Positions 30,311 through 47,910 of a stretch of 64,000 bases of DNA are shown here, piece after piece (position 1 is the first letter of the stretch; each line of letters begins with the position of its first letter). The notes beneath the pieces are model-generated. The model was not told the origin of the DNA, did no database searches, and saw nothing but the letters and a program-made list of their open reading frames with translations. The stretch is from the NCBI RefSeq assembly GCF_009914755.1, contig NC_060932.1; one strand, written 5' to 3'. Made by a program: the position numbers and the translations under genes. The stretch is from the human T2T-CHM13v2.0 reference genome, Homo sapiens.

Positions 30311-31649
30311 CTCGGGCAGCTGTGGCTCCAGCAGCAGCAGCAGAAGCAGCAATGGAAGCCAGCTCCAGGCTTCAAAGATCAGCACAGGCATTTTCCAGGG
30401 CCCCTCTGGCAGGACAAGTGTTCCCTCCCACTGTGATGCAGAGACAGCAGGAACTGCATGCAGCCCACAGCCCAAGCCAGGAGTCACCCTTGACTTTCTC
30501 CTTTCCGGGCTCCACATCCTTTAGTGTCTACATTATCTCATTTAAACAATCAAGCTCAATTTAAGCCTTCAACCCACATTGCTACAGTCACCATGACTCA
30601 GAAGATTAATCCACCCACGTTTACCATTAGCAATGAGAGACTGTTCTGGCAGAAGGTGAGCTCACCTCAGTTTGGACAGGCTGCAGGGTGTGGGTACAAG
30701 TGATCAGGTTCTTATTCCAGACTAAGTGGAGGAGCCTGCTGTCTCCCACTGCCAGTCACCTTTCATTTCTTTGTCTGCCATCTCCCTTGCTTATAAATGA
30801 TAACCTTTCCCACTGATCCCCAGGTAATAAGTAGCATTAAATTTGCCTCTCCTATGGATGAGACATGGAACTGGAAGTTTTGCCGACTTATTTAATTTAT
30901 TCATCTTATCACCGTTTTACTGATAAGCAAAGCAAAGCTCGGAGTATTGAGGTAGACTACACAAGGTCACACAGCTATTTAGTAAAAAAGAGCAAGAAAG
31001 AACTCATACCACCTCAGATAACCAACTGAGTTCTCCTCCAACCTTCCACTTTTACGCCAAGGCCTTCCTCCATGGAGAAGCTGACTTGCTACTTCCTCAA
31101 GAAAAGGCCCACCTGACCGTCCAGGTCTAACTTCTTGCCTATTAAGACCCATCGCCCTCCCCAAGTTCTTCAATAAAACCAAGAGTTTTTCTCCATTATA
31201 CCCCAAAACAAATACTTCTTACATGTTGAAAAATGTAAGTCACTCCATCCTCCCTACTCTTTTTTCTGCTTAATTTTTGTGACGCCCTCGCTGGTAACAG
31301 AGTATGAGGCTCAATCCGTCCTTATTTATGTATTTGCCGAGGAAGCACTGGATGGAGCTTGGTGGCTGAAGGTTTTGCGGGTGAAATCCATAAAAACTCA
31401 GCAAGTCTGATGACTTGGGAAAAGACTATTTTCGAGAGGGCATGATGTTCTGGACTTTTCAGCTCCAAGGAACCGGGTCAGCGTGCAAGCAAAGGACACA
31501 GGTCAGCTGTACGCACTCGGGGTGTAGCCCACCAAGCTCTCTCAGGCTGGGGACATAATCCCACCAGGGCCCACTGAGCATGCCCCATCCCCGGGCCCCC
31601 TCCAGAAGCACAAGTTCATATTCACCGAGATTGCCACCGCACCAGTCAA

Positions 31650-32600
31650 GCCCTGAATCACGCGTGTGACTCACTTGTCAGCCGATTTCTCTGCAGAAAG
31701 CTCTTAGCAGTTAATTTCTGGCTAATTTATTATCCTTCAGCTTAGCCCTACAGCGCCATTAGCTAGGAGCCTGCCACGACTGAGTGAAATATTGTCTAAT
31801 TTATTATCTTATTACTCCTCTGGAACAGGATCAATTAATTACCCATTAAAGTATTTCAACTGCGGAGATTTATTAGGGGCCCTCTGCATTTTAACAGATG
31901 ATTAGTTATACATGTTTGTTTGCTTGAAGAGCAGAGACTAGCAAATGAATAGAGGCAATGGGAAGAAAGAGAGAGGGAGCGAGGGAGAGAGGGAGACGGT
32001 GCGGCAGGGGGCGGCTAATGGATCTCCTCTAACTCCGTGAAAATGGAGCAGTCAATGACAAGAATTATCGACTCATTCACTTGCGGTTTTGAGATAACCA
32101 TATGTACAGGGGAAGGGGAGGAGGGGGAGAAAAACCCTCACTCAACTGCTTTTTCCATTCAATAAATTCGCTTCAGAATATATTGGATTGGGGTTTGATG
32201 GCTATTTCGTGTTTTGCAGAGTGCTGACACTGGTATGATTCAGTAATTATTGTTTCTTTTAAGTTATTGCTGTAATTTTGCTCTCTAAGATCCCAATCAA
32301 TTTCTGCCTCTCAAGGGCACGCTTGAAAAGCGATATTTGAAAACAGCCCTCTGATAGATTGTGCTGCTAGACAGTGGCTGAGACAAATAGCCTAATCTGG
32401 CACAAATTAGCTTGGCTTCCACAGATAGTTTTATACAGCAATGTAAATTATATTGTCAGGCCGAGTCACTTTCCTGCTTAGAGAGCAGCTAACAAGAAAC
32501 CATGGAGACGTTATTGGTGCTGCCGTGCACTCCCAGGGCCGCTGCAAAGGCATTTGTAAGGAGAGGGGGAGACGAGAAGAGAGAGAGAGAGACTTTGAGT
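31650..32600. promoter_or_regulatory. Putative conserved non-coding element / developmental enhancer
   Basis: No recognisable repeat; dense TAAT/ATTA motifs, duplicated CTAATTTATTATC, AP-1 TGACTCA, TGTCA, GA-rich tracts and raised CpG; conservation is inferred, not measured. Confidence 0.5.
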
Positions 32601-34099
32601 AACAAAAGCAAGGTAGTCAAGCAGAAGTGAGTTAGAACAAGGAGGCGTGGATCAGGTTCTCCAGTTCTCTTGGTTGGACTGAACTAAGCCCTGGGAAGGG
32701 GAGGCTGCTGAGTGTGCGACGGGCCAGTCCATGCCATAGGGGACCGCACGCTCCACTTGCAGGGCTGAAAGCAGGAGAGGCAGTGCTCTGAAAGCAGCCG
32801 TGAAGAGATGATCTGAACCCAATACTCCTCTCTGCCTGGAGAATTGGTTTGCACTGGACTGAGCCGGGGGAGGGATGAGGAGATGTGCTAAGCCCAGCAG
32901 AAGTAACAACGCGCTGAGAAGAGCTGGAGGAAAACCAGCTGAGCAGAATGTGCTGGCTGGGCTGCACTGCCCATCCTTGGAAGGGCCTGGCAGGATGCTC
33001 CGACCAACCCGGAGCAGGCTCCTTGTGCGGGGACGAGGCCCCAAAAGCCAGGCGGGCACTCAGCAGCGCCTGCATCCTCCACTGCTGGCTCCTCCTTCCT
33101 CTGGCTGTGGAGAGATCTCCCCTTCTCTGTGCTTCTTGACTTCCGCCCTCAGTTCAAACCCTGCCTCAGCCCCTGCTGCTGGGCCCACCCTTGAGGAACA
33201 CTGCCTTGGGGCTATGTGACAGCTGCCTAATCAGATTCCAAGTTCTCAGAGGCCTGCCCTGCACACCATTGTGCTGGCAGGCCCAGCCCCCAGGGCAGAA
33301 AACATTGCTAACCTACCCAGGGGCCACAGAACCCGCTCTGGGTATCTGCCTAGGCTGGCCTGATGACACAAACGCAAGGAAGAGTCAGTGTTAGGTGGCA
33401 ACAAGGTACCAGAGGTGAGCAAAGAGACGTCCCCTCCACCCATCCCAAGGCCTTGCCTGGTGGGCTACGGGGAAGGTGCTTTCTTACTGCCCTGAGCCCT
33501 TGGACCTACGTGATTGCTGGGTTTGGTTTTTTGGAGATGGTCACACAGTCCTTCATCCTTTCAGTTCCAAGCCTGCCCTGAAGCTGTAATTGATGGTCAA
33601 AGACCCATCTTTGTCAGTGACTGAATATACACTTCTAACTGAATGTGTCACATGCGTTTTAAGTAAGGACACTCAACAGAAAGATTTCTTAAGGGAAAAC
33701 AGCTTCTCCTCAAACTCCTTGTCTGATAATGGTCCAACAACATTTGCTCCTTTCAAGAAAGATTTTGTTTTGAGTTTCATTTAGTCTCACCTGCCCCATC
33801 CAGTTATCATCTGATGTTTCTGGAATACTCTCAGCCACAGCTTTCACATTCCTGCTGAGTAGTCACTTATTTCTCAATGACTCTAGGAGGGCGGTTGGTA
33901 TTACTACCTCTGCTTGGCTTATTTGGGAAATGAGAGTCGCATGTGTAGATGACAAAAATACAACATAAGCAAGAATGATGTCAACTCCTCATCCAATCTG
34001 ATAAAAATATCCTCGTCAGGCAGAAGGGCACTTTTATTTATTTAACCCTGCCATGTGACAGATAACACGCCAGATGCTTTACGTAATTTGTGCTTTCTA

Positions 34100-34549
34100 A
34101 ATGAACAGGGTAACGCTGTAAAAAAAAAAAAAAACCCCAAAATGTATGACAGCTCTAGCACAATAGAAATGCATTTGTCACTCATGCTTATTCTAAAACG
34201 GCATCTGTAGGAGTGGGGTAGCTCTGCTCCAGGTAGTAACTAAGGGCCCCAGCAGCCTTGAACCTTGTGGCTCTACCATCTCCAACATGTGGCTTCCAAG
34301 CTTGTTGTGCTCTTGCTGTGTGCCAGGTCTGAAGGGGAAAGAACATGGAGGTTTGTCGAGGAAAGGGCTTTGTGGGGAGGGGGCTGCCCTGTAAGTAGAC
34401 TGCATCAGCTTCTGCTCACGTTGGATTGATGAGAATTAATCATAGACACACTCCCAGATGCAATTCCTTGGCACTAGCTGAGCAGCTTCCAGAAACTATA
34501 GAAGAGAAGCAAGACTCTTTGGTGGACAGCTGGTCCTCTGTGCCATACA
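34100..34549 (-). mobile_element. MLT1H-like MaLR LTR inserted in a MIR
   Basis: AACCCCAAAATG...ATAGAAATGCATTTGTCACTCATG...CTTCTGCTCAC.TT.GATTG...TTTGGTGGACAGCTGG..TCTGTGCCATACA; MIR halves on both sides. Confidence 0.65.
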
Positions 34550-35269
34550 ATCTAAGCATTATTATCCCCATGAGATAGAGGAGAAAACTGAAGTATACTA
34601 TCCAAGGTCACATACCTAGTGAGTGCAGAGCTAGAATTTAAACCAAAGCCTATGCATATTCCACTCTATCAAATTAAATCCTACAGGAAAACAAAATTGA
34701 ATCAAGAACATAAACTTCCGAGTAAATGTCTTCAGTCATTCTGCCCAAGACTCAAGTTGGAGAATTGGTTTCAGAACACCTACTTCTACGTGATTTTAAA
34801 ATATTGCATGTGGACCCCTGAGCCAAACTGACCTTGGAACCCAGGAAACAGATCTAGATTTACCTCTTTTAAGAGCAATGGCAGAGATTACTAGCCGGTT
34901 TTGCAATTGATGAAACTGAGGCTTAGAGAGTGTAAGTGAATTGTGTTAAGTCACGCAGCTGAGCAAGCAGTAGGTAGGACTGGAACCTCGTCTTCTCACT
35001 CTGAGTCAAGGGCATAAACCTCAGCCTTCCAAACCTCCCATCTCATTGAGACCTTTCCCACTACAGCTAGAAAAGAAATCAGAGAACATCATCCTCTCCA
35101 TGTAGAAAGTCTGCTTAGAGCACCTATTACCTGAAGCTAGAAAGATGGGTGTTTTTGAGGCTCCCACTAACTCTTTCCCTACATGGCCCCCAAAATGACA
35201 AGATTGAGGACTCCACCAGTGCAGAAGTCAGAAGAGTCTTCAGCAATTTATGCGGGAGAAGGACAAAGT

Positions 35270-35395
35270 TCCTCGAAGGCAAGGATTATGTGCTATTTTA
35301 TTTATATCCTCAAAGCCTAGTACAGTGTCTGAAAATCTCAACACTGTGCAATAAATATCTATTGGATGGATACACATCTGAATGAATAGATGAAG
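35270..35395 (+). mobile_element. L2 3' end
   Basis: TTCCTCGAAGGCAAGGATTATG...GCCTAGTACAGTGTCTG...CAATAAATAT...GAATGAAT. Confidence 0.65.
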
Positions 35396-35723
35396 GCATT
35401 CTTCAGTTTCCACTGACAACTAGTAATCAAGATGACTTTCAGACAGAGAGGGACAGGGAAAAATAAATCTCTTCTATGCATCTGTTGGCTTTTCTATAAC
35501 TCATTGCATTATTTTTGTTTGTTTTTTCTAGTGATTATCATATACATTCTTAACTTTTCACAATCGACTAGAATTACTATTTTGCCTTTTCATGCGAAAT
35601 ATAAAAAGACCATGACTCTATAGGTCTGTTTCCCATCTCTGCCATCCTTTCTGCTGTTGCTGTCACTTGTGTCACATCTACTGTTATAAACCCCATAAGT
35701 TGATGCAATATTTTATGCTTTAA

Positions 35724-36185
<462 letters not shown>

Positions 36186-37177
36186 TAGTGTGGGTCTGAT
36201 GAACTCAGCTAGTTTTCTTTTATCTAAAAATGTCTCTTTTTTACTTGTATTCTTAAATAATATTTTCACTTGGATATAAATTCTGGGTGAGCAAGTCTTT
36301 TTCTTCTTTTATAATTTCGAAGGTGGTCCTTTATTATATTCTGTCCTCCATTGACTCATTGTCCTCCTGTATATACTGTGTCCTTTCTCTTGAGAATTTT
36401 TTTCATCTTTTAGGTTTTCAGCAGTTTGACTATGATGTGCCAAAGAACGATTTTCTTCATATTTATCCTGCTTGAGGCTTGCTAAGATTCTTGAATGTGT
36501 AAATTTATGTCTTTCATCACCTTTGGGAAATCAGTGAAGACTAATCTCTACTTGGTCAATATATTTCATTTTTCATATTTTATATTTTCATATTTTTCAG
36601 TATACTTTTGCTGATTATTTCTTCAAATTATTTTTTCCTACTCCATTCTCTCTCCTGTTTTGGAACTCTGTTAAACATATGTTAGATATTTCTATTTTGT
36701 CTCACAGGTATCTGAGATTCTATTCATTTGTTATTTGTTTGGGATTTTTTGTTGTTGTTGTTCTATTCTTAGGATTGCATACTTTTTATTGCTCTATCTT
36801 CAAGTTTACTGAGTCTTTCTGCTTCATCTCCATTCTGCTTTTAAATCCATTAAGTGAATCTTCACTTCAGATATTCTACTTATCAGCTCTATTTGTTTTT
36901 TCAATAGTGTCTCTACTGAGATTTTTTTAAATTTATTTCAATCATATTTTCTCTGATGTTAATGAGTACATATAATAACGACTTTGAAATCTTATCTATG
37001 TATTCCAACATTCAGACCAAGTAGGGATCAGTCTTCAGTGATAGTGTTTTCTGTTGAAAATAGCTCACATTTTCCTGGATCTTTCTGTGTTGAATATTTT
37101 TGGATTATATTCTGGACATTGTGAATGTTGTGTTGTGGTTACTCCGGATTCTGTTATATTTCACAGAAGAGTGTTGA

Positions 37178-37204
37178 GTTGTTGTTGTTGTTGTTGTTGT
37201 TGTT
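37178..37204. repeat. (GTT)n microsatellite
   Basis: About 9 GTT units read directly. Confidence 0.9.
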
Positions 37205-37999
37205 ATAGTGGGTAATTAGCTTTGTTAGACTCAGATTGCAAACTGTCTCTTGGGTGTCAACTCAAATCTTAGTTCAATTCTTCTATCTTTAGCTGAGCTT
37301 CTTGGATTCTACTCCATACATGCTTGATTCAGGGTCACCAGAGATCTGCATGAAGTTTATATTTAGCAGCTGTCGTTGCCCGAATCTCTCATCTGGTTCT
37401 TCTGGCCAGAAAGACTGCAGGTTTTCTATAGAAGTTTTTAACTTCCCTATGTGGTGCTGACTGCAGCCAAAGGCCTCAGTAAGGGGAAAACTTATCCCAT
37501 ACTCTTCCTTCTTCCAAATATCAATATCCCTGGAGAATCTGCTCACCTTTGTTAACTCTGCAGTGCCTTTGGGTAGCTGGTATTTTAAACTTTTTCCCTA
37601 GAGTTTAAAGTTATTGCCTGTTTGTAGAGGGTTGGTCTGATAAGAGTCTGCTTAGCCATAAAGAAATTGAATTATCTCAATATATTTTGAGATGGGGCCA
37701 AAAAAGTCAGCTATTTCAACAAGACCTCTTCTCATAATTCCTTGTCCTACTGTGTTTCACAAAACTTTCACAGGTGAAAGAGCTGTATGTGGTGGGGGTG
37801 CAAAAGGACAGACTCCAATTATAAATTCAGACATTACTTGACCTTTAATATGGAACATTGCAACATCTTTAACACATTAAGAAGCACTTATCGAGTGTCC
37901 ACTATATGCCAACCAGCGGTCCTAATGGATAGTACATGTCAAAGCTCTTCCAACTCTGGTTAATATGAATATATAGATTGTCCTGTACCACCTAAGGCA

Positions 38000-38440
38000 C
38001 AATTAATATTGATAGCTACTATTTTGAATGCCAAATGTGTGCCATGTGCTGACTCTAATCATCACAACAATTCAGCATTTTTGTCATCTCTATTTCACAT
38101 AAGCAGTGTTATGAAGTGGAAAATAACCAGGTGTTGGAATCAGACAGACCTGGATTTAGCTCTAGCTTTGACATTAGCTAAATGACCACATCCTAAGGCA
38201 AATCACTAATGTCTCTGAGCCTCAGTTACCTTACCTATAAACTTGAGCATTCAAAGCTGCTATAATGCTAAGAAATAACAGGAATACAAGACCTAATAGA
38301 GAACCTCACTCAAAATGGCTACTGTTATTTTCATGGCTGGAAATAACTTAAGATTAGAATGTTTAACTTGCTCATGATCGGGAAGCTATGTTGCCACCTA
38401 ATAAGTGTCAAAACTGGGTTTCAACCCATGTCCATGCACT
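38000..38440. mobile_element. Cluster of MIR fragments in both orientations
   Basis: GGAATCAGACAGACCTGGATTT...CTCTGAGCCTCAGTT (+) and TTTAACTTGCTCATGATC...GGGTTTCAACCC (-). Confidence 0.6.
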
Positions 38441-38700
38441 TTCTTTATAGTTGGCTACATTATCTTCATAATTATAACCAATTATTGAGCACCTATTCAT
38501 ATTATGTTCAACAAATATACTAGGTGCTTTACATACCTGTAGCTAACCTTGAAACTAACCAAGAAAATTAAAAATGCAAGACCCTCAGATCAGGCAAATT
38601 TTCCCCTCTTAGAATTACCAGAATGGTAGGTCTTTAAGATAATTCTTACCTTCCCAGAGTTAAGGTCTCCCCTTGGGGGAATCAATGTTATTGATGGAGG

Positions 38701-38814
38701 TGCTGTCTACCCCAAAATACCCCACCCAGAGAAGGATATGCTATCTACCCCAAAATGCCCCACCCAGAGAAGGATATGCTATCTACCCCCAAATACCCCA
38801 CCCAGAGAAGGATA
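38701..38814. repeat. 38-bp minisatellite, 3 copies
   Basis: TGCTATCTACCCCAAAATACCCCACCCAGAGAAGGATA x3 (starts 38701, 38739, 38777), one mismatch per copy. Confidence 0.95.
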
Positions 38815-39528
38815 CACTGGCTATTCTGGAGAAGCTCTGTAGATGGCCACCTGGTACCCACTTTAGTCAAGAACACATTCCAATGCTCAGATGAGGTTAG
38901 AGAGAAAATGAAGTTTCAACAGAAGAATATTTAAGCCTTCCCAAGCCAGTGACAGAGACAGCAGCCTTCTGTTTCTTCCTGTGCATAAGGGAAAGTCAAA
39001 CTGGGTATTATTCACACATTTTACACCTTGCATTTCAATCAAGTCCCAAGTTATAATAAAACCTCCTTTGTCAAGCCCGTCATCAGTGGTTTCAAGATTA
39101 TTGAGATGTAGATATAGACCTCCCACACCCACATAGTTATTTAAAGTGATCTTTGAACTCACTTAAGAGCAATTACCTAGTCTGTTGGCCAGATTCCATC
39201 TCTCTCCTGTATAGTATAATGTATTTTATTATTTCTGTTTATTACTCCATAATTGTTGACTTACATGTTGGTGTAACATCGCAGTAATATTGTCAGATCT
39301 ACTGGTATATCTATTTGTACATATATTTGTTCAACAAGTAATTATCAAATGCCTGCCTGTATCAGACACAGAAGCTAGAGATATGCATAGTTGTATTTCA
39401 TATTCCCTGTCAGGCCTGACACAGTAGACAGGACTCTGGCTCTGAACTCAAGAGATCTGGACTCATGCTCTGGCTTCTTTATTGATTAAGTCAAGGACTT
39501 TGGTTAAATCTCTTAACTTCACCAAGCC

Positions 39529-40065
39529 TCAGTTTTTACACCTGTAAAGTGGAAATAATTCACCTGACATTTCCGACAGAGTCTCATGAGGATCAATAAA
39601 GTTATATAAATAGGAAGGGCAGCCAAGATGGCCAAATAGGAACAGCTCTGGTCTACAGCTCCCAGCGTGAGCGACGCAGAAGACGGGTGATTTCTGCATT
39701 TCCATCTGAGGTACCGGGTCCATCTCACTAGGGAGTGCCAGAGAGTGGGTGCAGGACAGTGGGTGCAGCGCACCGTGCATGAGCCAAAGCAGGGCGAGGC
39801 ATTGCCTCACTCGGGAAGCACAAGGGGTCAGGGAGTTCCCTTTCCTAGTCAAAGAAAGGGGTGACAGACAGCACCTGGAAAACTGGGTCACTCCCACCCT
39901 AATACTGCACTTTTCCAACAGGCTTAAAAAATGGCGCACCAGGAGATTATATCCCACACCTGGCTCAGAGGGTCCTACGCCTACGGAGTCTCGCTGCTTG
40001 CTAGCACAGCAGTCTGAGATCAAACTGCAAGGTGGCAGCGAGGCTGGGGGAGGGGTGCTGGCCAT
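39529..40065 (-). CDS. L1 antisense ORF0, open and extended to 178 aa (putative)
   Basis: MASTPPPASLPPCSLISDCCASKQRDSVGVGPSEPGVGY matches ORF0p; context GCAATGG; frame stays open past the L1 5' end. Expression unknown. Confidence 0.4.
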   Translation of the reverse strand: MASTPPPASLPPCSLISDCCASKQRDSVGVGPSEPGVGYNLLVRHFLSLLEKCSIRVGVTQFSRCCLSPLSLTRKGNSLTPCASRVRQCLALLWLMHGALHPLSCTHSLALPSEMDPVPQMEMQKSPVFCVAHAGSCRPELFLFGHLGCPSYLYNFIDPHETLSEMSGELFPLYRCKN

Positions 40066-40647
40066 TGCCCAGGCTTGCTTAGGTAAACAAAGCAGCCGGG
40101 AAGCTCGAACTGGGTGGAGCCCACCACAGCTCAAGGAGGCCTGCCAGCCTCTGTAGGCTCCACCTCTGGGGGCAGGGTGCAGACAAACAAAAAGACAGCA
40201 GTAACCTCTGCAGACTTAAATGTCCCTGTCTGACAGTTTTGAAGTGAGCAGTGGTTCTCCCAGCATGCAGCTGGAGATCTAAGAAAAGGCAGACTGCCTC
40301 CTCAAGTGGGTCCCTGACCCCTGACCCCCGAGCAGCCTAACTGGGAGGCACCCCGCAGTAGGGGCAGACTGACACCTCACACAGCCAGGTACTCCTCTGA
40401 GACAAAACTTCCAGAGAAACGATCAGCAGCAGCATTCGCAGTTCACGAAAATCCGCTGTTCTGCAGCCACCGCTGCTGGTACCCAGGCAAACAGGGTCTG
40501 GAGTGGACCTCTAGCAAACTCCAACAGACCTGCAGCTGAGGGTCCTGTCTGTTAGAAGGAAAACTAACAAACAGAAAGGACATCCACACCAAAAACCCAT
40601 CTCTACATCACCGTCATCAAAGACCAAAAGTAGATAAAACCACAAAG

Positions 40648-41660
40648 ATGGGGAAAAAACAGAGCAGAAAAACTGGAAACTCTAAAAAGCAGAGCGCCTC
40701 TCCTCCTCCAAAGGAACGCAGTTCCTCACCAGCAATGGAACAAAGCTGGACGGAGAATGACTTTGACGAGTTGAGAGAAGAAGACTTCAGACGATCAAAC
40801 TACTCCGAGCTACAGGAGGAAATTCAAACCAAAGGCAAAGAAGTTAAAAACTTTGAAAAAAATTTAGACGAATATATAACTAGAATAACCAATACAGAGA
40901 AGTGCTTAAAGGAGCTGATGGAGCTGAAAGCCAAGGCTTGAGAACTACGTGAAGAATGCAGAAGCCTCAGGAGCCGATGCAATCAACTGGAAGAAAGGGT
41001 ATCAGTGATGGAAGATGAAATGAATGAAATGAAGCGAGAACAGAAGTTTAGAGAAAAAAGAATAAAAAGAAATGAACAAAGCCTCCAAGAAATATGTGAC
41101 TATGTGAAAAGACCAAATCTATGTCTGATTGGTGTACCTGAAAGTGACGGGGAGAATGAAACCAAGTTGGAAAACACTCTGCAGGATATTATCCAGGAGA
41201 ACTTCCCCAATCTAGCAAGGCAGGCCAACGTTCAGATTCAGGAAATACAGAGAACACCACAAAGATACTCCTCGAGAAGAGCAACTCCAAGACACATAAT
41301 TGTCAGATTCACCAAAGTTGAAATGAAGGAAAAAATGTTAAGGGCAGAGAGAAAGGTCGGGTTACCCACAAAGGGAAGCCCATCAGACTAACAGCGGATC
41401 TCTTGGCAGAAACTCTACAAGCCAGAAGAGAGTGGGGGCCAATATTCAACATTTTTAAAGAAAAGAATTTTCAACCCAGAATTTCATATCCAGCCAAACT
41501 CAGCTTCATAAGTGAAGGAGAAATAAAATACTTTACAGACAAGCAAATGCTGAGAGATTTTGTCACCACCAGGCCTGCCCTAAAAGAGCTCCTGAAGGAA
41601 ACACTAAACATGGAAAGGAACAACCAATACCAGCCACTGCAAAATCATGCCAAACTGTAA
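40648..41660 (+). pseudogene. L1 ORF1 (disrupted)
   Basis: MGKKQSRKTGNSK...; premature TGA at 40939-40941 and a frameshift at ~41346. Confidence 0.95.
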
Positions 41661-41728
41661 AGACCATCGAGGCTAGGAAGAAACTGCATCAACTAATGAG
41701 CAAAATAACCAGCTAACATCCTGTCATA

Positions 41729-45510
<3,782 letters not shown>

Positions 45511-46666
45511 ACAATGAGAACACATGGACACAGGAAGGGGAACATCATACTCTGGGGACTGTTGTGGGGTGTGGGGAGAGGGGAGGGATAGCATTAGGAG
45601 ATACACCTAATGCTAAATGACGAGTTAATGGGTGCAGCACACCAGCATGGCACATGTATACATATGTAACTAACCTGCACATTGTGCACATGTACCCTAA
45701 AACTTAAAGTATAATAATAATAAAATAAAATTTAAAAAAAGTTATGTAAGTAAAAGCATCACAATTATAAAATAGTATATATAAATGTGAGCTACTATTA
45801 CAATTAAGTATTATATATCATTTCTGTTTATTACTAATTGTTTCTTTCACTGTACATTTGTAATAATTTTATGAACAGAAGCTGCTATTGTTATAATTGT
45901 AATACGTAAGCCATACATCATTATACAAAGACTTTGCTTAACGTAACAGTGGGTAAATAAATAAAGGAATTATTTGAAGGTAGCATGTTTTTACATATCT
46001 TATTAATCAAATAAAGAAGGTAACCCAGCCTTCTTGGAGCTTACAATACAGTCGCAAATACAGATCCCCGTCATTGAATTATTGGCTAGATCAGTGTTAG
46101 TAAAGATGAATGACAAGGGGCAGTAGGAGCACAGACCAAGGAGACGGCCCCAGCAGGAAGGAGGAAGGTCTCATTGAGAAAATCATCCCTAAACTCAGCT
46201 TTTAAATTAAATAGTAGTTAACAAGCAAGAGAGGGAGACAAGAAGAGTGCTCCAAAAGAGAGAGTAGTGTATTTGACAGAGCAGAATCAAGTGCTAACAT
46301 TACTGACTGTAGGAACTGCAATCAACCCAGAGTGTTAGGACTGGAGAGAACCAAGGTCAGGGAGGCATGAGATAACCCTGGAGAGACTGGTAGAGGCCAG
46401 ATCATGCGAGGTCCTCTAGAGCACATGAAGAATTTGAGGTTAAGGAAAAGCCACTGAAGGATATGAAACAGGAGGAATATGATCACGTTTCCATTTTTAT
46501 AATGGAACTTTGACAATGAAATGGAAAATAGATCTGAAGGGTCAAGACTAAGTGTAGGAAGGTCAGTTAAGAACTTTTGCAATGATCCAAAAAACAGGAA
46601 TGATGTCTTGGACTAAGCTGGTAACAACAAGGTAGACAGAAGTGTGTGAATCTACAAATATTTAAG

Positions 46667-46845
46667 ACCAGGTGCAGTGGCACGCACCTGTAATCCCAGG
46701 ACTTTGAGAGGCCGAGGCTAGAGGATCACTTCAGCCCAGAAGTTTGAGGCTGCAGTAAGCCATGATCACACCACTGCACTCCAGACTGGGTGACAGAGTG
46801 AGACCCTGTCTCAAAAAATAAATAAATAAAATAGAATAAAAAAAA
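46667..46845 (+). mobile_element. Alu monomer (FRAM-like)
   Basis: Single ~145-bp monomer including GAGGCTGCAGTAAGCCATGATC...GACCCTGTCTC, plus A-rich tail. Confidence 0.85.
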
Positions 46846-47055
46846 TTTCAGAGGTATGAGTGACTAGGGTTGGAGAAAGATTGGATATGCAGCAGTGAGG
46901 GAAAGAGAGAACTCAAGAATGATTCCAAGTTTCTGGTTTGAGCGACTGGGTATGTGATGAGGATACTTACTGAGAGTATGATCGAATCATAGAAGCAGCA
47001 GGTTTGAGGGGGAAAATAATGAGGTGAGTCTTGGAGATGTTAAGCGTGAGGTGCC

Positions 47056-47910
<855 letters not shown>

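Noticed and set aside
30266-30517. ORF with a poly-Leu signal-peptide-like stretch
   Set aside because: Produced by a short (CAG)n tract; no exon structure or recognisable homology.
32632-33219. Overlapping 114-147 aa ORFs in GC-rich DNA
   Set aside because: Open frames on both strands are expected at high GC; no domain is recognisable.
38701-38814. 38-bp repeats as a CRISPR array
   Set aside because: Units are head-to-tail with no spacers, there are no cas genes, and the DNA is primate.
45565-45590. G-quadruplex-like G tract
   Set aside because: A standard feature of the L1 3'UTR.
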